Shown here piece after piece: positions 36,840 through 39,984 of a stretch of DNA of 39,984 bases. Every line of letters begins with the position of its first letter. Position 1 is the first letter of the stretch. The notes under the pieces are model-generated. The model saw only the letters and a program-made list of their open reading frames with translations, was not told the DNA's origin and did no database searches. The stretch is from a virus, in IMG/VR virus record IMGVR_UViG_3300045988_141178. One strand, given 5' to 3'. The position numbers and the translations under genes were made by a program.

Positions 36840-37118
36840 TTATTTTCCTCCCTCTAAAACTTTCTTAAGTAAATCCAATGTTGTTTCTGCCTTAATTCTA
36901 GCAGCCTGTTCTTTTTCGAACATCTCTCTAGGAACAGTGTTTTTACTGCCAACCTTAATTTTGTACCTTGTACCTGTTCTGATGTACTCGACTTCATGAT
37001 TTGCTATCATTTGTAAGACTGTATTATGTCCTAAATTAAATCGTTTTTCATATTGATTTAGGCTTATCCACTGTTCTTCCAAAATACTCCCTCCTTTCTT
37101 GGTCATTTTTTTGACCAT
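36840..37118 (-). CDS. Excisionase/helix-turn-helix-like DNA-binding protein
   Basis: EEQWISLNQYEKRFNLGHNTVLQMIANHEVEYIRTGTRYKIKV; a TTG start at LEEQW after SD GGAGGGAG is likely. Confidence 0.65.
   Translation of the reverse strand: MVKKMTKKGGSILEEQWISLNQYEKRFNLGHNTVLQMIANHEVEYIRTGTRYKIKVGSKNTVPREMFEKEQAARIKAETTLDLLKKVLEGGK
37101..37116 (-). promoter_or_regulatory. Palindromic leader motif GGTCAAAAAAATGACC (copy 1)
   Basis: Identical 16-mer to copy 2, 5 nt upstream of a GGAGG-containing SD. Confidence 0.55.
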
Positions 37119-37334
37119 TTAAGGTAAAAAAATATAGTTTTTGTAATTAAGGTGTTTCTTTTCGCAATAAGCTACTAGATGATTGATTACTTTAGTGCTG
37201 TCATCTTTTTGCTTACCATTTAATATCATAGTTAGGTAGCTTCTATTTACACCAATCTCATCAGCAAACCATGTTGTATTACCCCTGTATTGTGACTCAA
37301 TTAGCTTGTTTATTGCTTCAATATTTAACCTCAT
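37119..37334 (-). CDS. XRE-family regulator (Cro/antirepressor-like)
   Basis: TTWFADEIGVNRSYLTMILNGKQKDDSTKVINHLVAYCEKKHLN. Confidence 0.65.
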   Translation of the reverse strand: MRLNIEAINKLIESQYRGNTTWFADEIGVNRSYLTMILNGKQKDDSTKVINHLVAYCEKKHLNYKNYIFLP

Positions 37335-37365
37335 TTTTTTGCCTCTTCCTTTCTTATATTTTTTC

Positions 37366-37381
37366 GGTCATTTTTTTGACC
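37366..37381 (-). promoter_or_regulatory. Palindromic leader motif GGTCAAAAAAATGACC (copy 2)
   Basis: Exact second copy upstream of the XRE gene. Confidence 0.55.
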
Positions 37382-37447
37382 AAATTCATTTTATTATATT
37401 AAATAAAAAAAGTCAACACTTTTTGTTAAAATTTTCAACTTTTTTTG

Positions 37448-37476
37448 TTGACTTTTTTGAACACTTGTTGTACAAT
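37448..37476 (+). promoter_or_regulatory. Sigma-70-type promoter of the CI-like repressor
   Basis: TTGACT - 17 nt - TACAAT, 19 nt upstream of the ATG; SD GGGAGG. Confidence 0.8.
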
Positions 37477-37495
37477 AGTTTTGGGAGGTTTTATT

Positions 37496-38152
37496 ATGTT
37501 TGATAAAAATAAATTTGCGAAAATTTTAAAAGAAATATATGAAACCTTTGATACACAGAGAGAGTTTTCCTCTAAAGTTGGTGTTAGCAGAGGTTATTTA
37601 TCAGAATACATGAATATGAAAAAAGAAAAGCCACCTTCTCCAAAAATACTTGACAATATTGCAACAAATTCTAAAGGAATGACTAACTATAGAGAACTAA
37701 TGCAAGTATGTGGATATACTGATTATTTAACAGATGATTTTTTTGATGATAATGTTTCAAATACAAATAATAAGATTCCAATTGTTATTAGGATTAAATA
37801 TAATAAAAAAACAAATTCTTTTATAACTGATCCAGCACAAGAATATATATATGCTAATTTCAAATTAGAAAAAAACAAAGAATATATTGCATTTGTTGCT
37901 AGAGATGACTCAATGTTGCCACTTTTAGGAACAGAGGATACTGCAATAATTGAAAAGTGTTCTAGTATAAAAAATAATAAAATCTATTTATTGATTAATG
38001 ATGATAAATTACTTATTAGGAAAATTCTAATATTAGATAACAATGAATACGAATTAGAACCATTAAACCCATACTTTCCGAAAGAAAAAGCTACAGATTT
38101 ACACATTATAGGTAAAGTTATTAGAGTTGAAATGAAATCAGCATTTTTATAA
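37496..38152 (+). CDS. CI-like repressor: XRE HTH + LexA/S24-like C-terminal domain
   Basis: FAKILKEIYETFDTQREFSSKVGVSRGYLSEYMN…IAFVARDDSMLPLLGTEDTAIIEKCSSIKNNKIYLLINDDKLLIRKI. Confidence 0.85.
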   Translation: MFDKNKFAKILKEIYETFDTQREFSSKVGVSRGYLSEYMNMKKEKPPSPKILDNIATNSKGMTNYRELMQVCGYTDYLTDDFFDDNVSNTNNKIPIVIRIKYNKKTNSFITDPAQEYIYANFKLEKNKEYIAFVARDDSMLPLLGTEDTAIIEKCSSIKNNKIYLLINDDKLLIRKILILDNNEYELEPLNPYFPKEKATDLHIIGKVIRVEMKSAFL

Positions 38153-38179
38153 TATATATTTTTAGAAAGGAGAATTATT

Positions 38180-38443
38180 ATGAAATATTGTGAACATTGT
38201 GGAAATCAAATTGAGAATGACAATGCAATCGTATGCCCTACATGTGGAGAACCTACAAAGAGTTATAATCAACAATCTGATAAAAACATAATAATAAATA
38301 ATTCTGCTTCAGCAGCAGCATCTTCTCCTGGTCCTACAAAACAGAAAAAACATTATAATTTTTTATTAGATTTAATTTTAATACTTTGTACTGCTGGTCT
38401 TTGGATAATATGGATGTTAATTAGACCTAAATACGAATATTAA
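38180..38443 (+). CDS. Zinc-ribbon membrane protein
   Basis: MKYCEHCGNQIENDNAIVCPTCGEPTK plus C-terminal TM FLLDLILILCTAGLWIIWMLI. Confidence 0.7.
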   Translation: MKYCEHCGNQIENDNAIVCPTCGEPTKSYNQQSDKNIIINNSASAAASSPGPTKQKKHYNFLLDLILILCTAGLWIIWMLIRPKYEY

Positions 38444-38446
38444 AAA

Positions 38447-38490
38447 ATAGTTAGAGCCTAAACCCCTCACAATGATTTAGCTCTAACTAT
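38447..38490 (+). terminator. Hairpin terminator-like structure after the lysogeny operon
   Basis: 11-bp stem ATAGTTAGAGC / GCTCTAACTAT. Confidence 0.6.
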
Positions 38491-38629
38491 CCCTTTAATC
38501 TAGAAAACTAAAGAATCTATAGTAAGTGTACAAAAGATAAAACACTTACACGACTATTTGTATTATATATGAATAGTCATTTATTTGCAAGTGTTTGGTC
38601 AAAAAAATGTGCATTGGAGGTAGAATAAA

Positions 38630-39779
38630 TTGGCAAGAAAGACTAATTTCAATGTAAATGGCTATAATTATTATAAAGTAACTAAAACAATAGGTCATAA
38701 AGAAAACAGAGAACCTATTAAGAAAGTTTTTTATGGATCTAGTAAATCAGAAGCGGAACAAAAAGCAATAGATTATATCCAAAATCTAAAATTAGGATTA
38801 CAGTTTAATGATTATATAACTATTACAGATTTATTCCCTAAATGGTTATTTGAGCATAAAAAACATGAATTAAAACCATCTACATTTGAAAGTTATGAAG
38901 GCTTATATAGAAATTATATTGAACCAGATGATATTTCAACTCAACCAATTAAAGATATAAAATCAATAAACATACAGAATTTTTATGATAGGTTGATGAA
39001 ATTAAAATTAAAACATACAGAAAAACCAATGACTCCATATAGAGTGAAAGCTATTCATAAATTGCTGCATTTATTTTTTGTGTATTGTGAAAAAGATGGT
39101 TATACAATAAAAAATCCTTGCAATAATGTAACATTACCCAAAGATAATAAAAAGGATTTAGAAATATTAGAAAGAAAAAACAAGATAGATTTCTTTACAG
39201 AAGAGGAAATAAAAATACTGATTCCAGCCTTTGATGGTAGCCATTATCAAGATATAGTTATTTTTGCACTTGCAACAGGAATGAGACAAGGCGAAATTCT
39301 AGGATTGCAATGGACAGATTTAGATTTTGATAATAGACTTATTCATATAATTCATAATTTAAGTAATTCAGCAGATTTTGATGAGAAAAAGAAAAGAAGT
39401 TATAGTTTGAAACTCCAATCGCCAAAAAGTAAAAACTCTATCAGAACTATACCAATGAATGATACTGTTTATAATATGCTAATAAATAAAAAACGAACAA
39501 ATACAATGGTGTTTCCTCGGCAGAGATAACACATATATAAATAGTAAGAATTTGTTGAAACAATGGCAAAGAAGATTAAAAAATGCTGGATTAAGATATA
39601 GAAAATTCCATGATTTGCGACATACTTTTGCAACTCAATTACTAATACATGGGACAGATTTAATTACAATTAAGAATTTACTAGGTCATTCATCAATTAA
39701 AATTACAGAAATATATTTAGATAGTTTACCAGAAAAAAAGGCAAATTCTACAAAACTAATGGATTCTATTCTAAACTAA
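38630..39779 (+). CDS. int: Tyrosine integrase, restored by a +1 shift at in-frame CGG 39518-39520 (382 aa)
   Basis: N-terminal AP2-like/SAM-like and catalytic regions: [56 protein letters not shown]. The join gives MVFP|[21 protein letters not shown]. Confidence 0.9.
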
Positions 39780-39800
39780 GTAGATAAAAAGTAGATAAAT
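39779..39800. repeat. Putative attR core: AGTAGATAAAAAGTAGATAAAT
   Basis: Exact match to 203-224. Confidence 0.8.
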
Positions 39801-39805
39801 AAGAA

Positions 39806-39844
39806 AATAGCAAGGTGTTACAAAGCTCTGTAATCCTTGCTATT
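39806..39844 (-). terminator. tuf terminator hairpin
   Basis: Stem AATAGCAAGG / CCTTGCTATT with inner TTACA/TGTAA pairing, followed by a T-rich tail on the minus strand. Confidence 0.75.
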
Positions 39845-39854
39845 ACTGTATTTA

Positions 39855-39984
39855 TTATTCGATGATGTCAGCAACAACACCTGAACCAACTGTTCTACCA
39901 CCTTCACGAATAGCAAATCTTAATCCTTTTTCCATTGCTATTGGTGTGATTAATTCGATAGTCATATCTACGTTATCTCCTGGC
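39855..39984 (-). CDS. tuf: Elongation factor Tu, C-terminal end (runs off window)
   Basis: Minus strand …[42 protein letters not shown]. Confidence 0.97.
   Translation of the reverse strand, partial: PGDNVDMTIELITPIAMEKGLRFAIREGGRTVGSGVVADIIE

Noticed and set aside
797-39779. CGG reassigned to another amino acid (simple code change)
   Set aside because: A sense reassignment keeps the zero frame, but stops follow within 1-8 codons and homology resumes in +1 at all five sites.
1-39984. tRNA genes or CRISPR array
   Set aside because: None recognised by eye; no cloverleaf-like segments with CCA/T-loop signature or regularly spaced repeats seen.

Overview
The window holds a near-complete, AT-rich Firmicutes-type siphophage prophage. 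It is bounded by a 22-bp direct repeat (203-224 and 39779-39800) and sits next to the 3' end of host tuf (39855-39984, minus strand). Minus-strand modules run from early to late: regulators, YqaJ-like nuclease, DUF2786, bS6-like protein, SpoVS-like protein, RecT, replisome organizer, RusA, small genes with Tad2-like and Acb2-like candidates, ParB/radical SAM, terminase, portal, capsid, tail, holins and GH25/Cpl-7/LysM lysozyme. The right end carries a CI-like repressor, a zinc-ribbon membrane protein and a tyrosine integrase on the plus strand. Two observations stand out. (1) A diversity-generating retroelement: TR 4874-4990 and VR 5233-5349, 117 nt each with no indels and 14 mismatches, all at TR adenines, plus a DGR-type RT with IGNFTSQ and YMDD motifs. 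(2) In a manual scan, the only five CGG codons I found in reading phase in recognisable genes all lie where the ORF breaks and homology resumes in the +1 frame (skip C, read GGN = Gly). They occur in an XRE/HTH_26 protein, the DGR RT (two sites), the replisome organizer and the integrase. Each zero frame meets a stop within 1-8 codons after CGG. The sites lie on both genome strands but always read CGG on the coding strand, which argues against random sequencing error and suggests +1 frameshifting, or C-skipping, at an unassigned or hungry CGG codon. All identifications come from sequence recognition by eye; no database searches were run.
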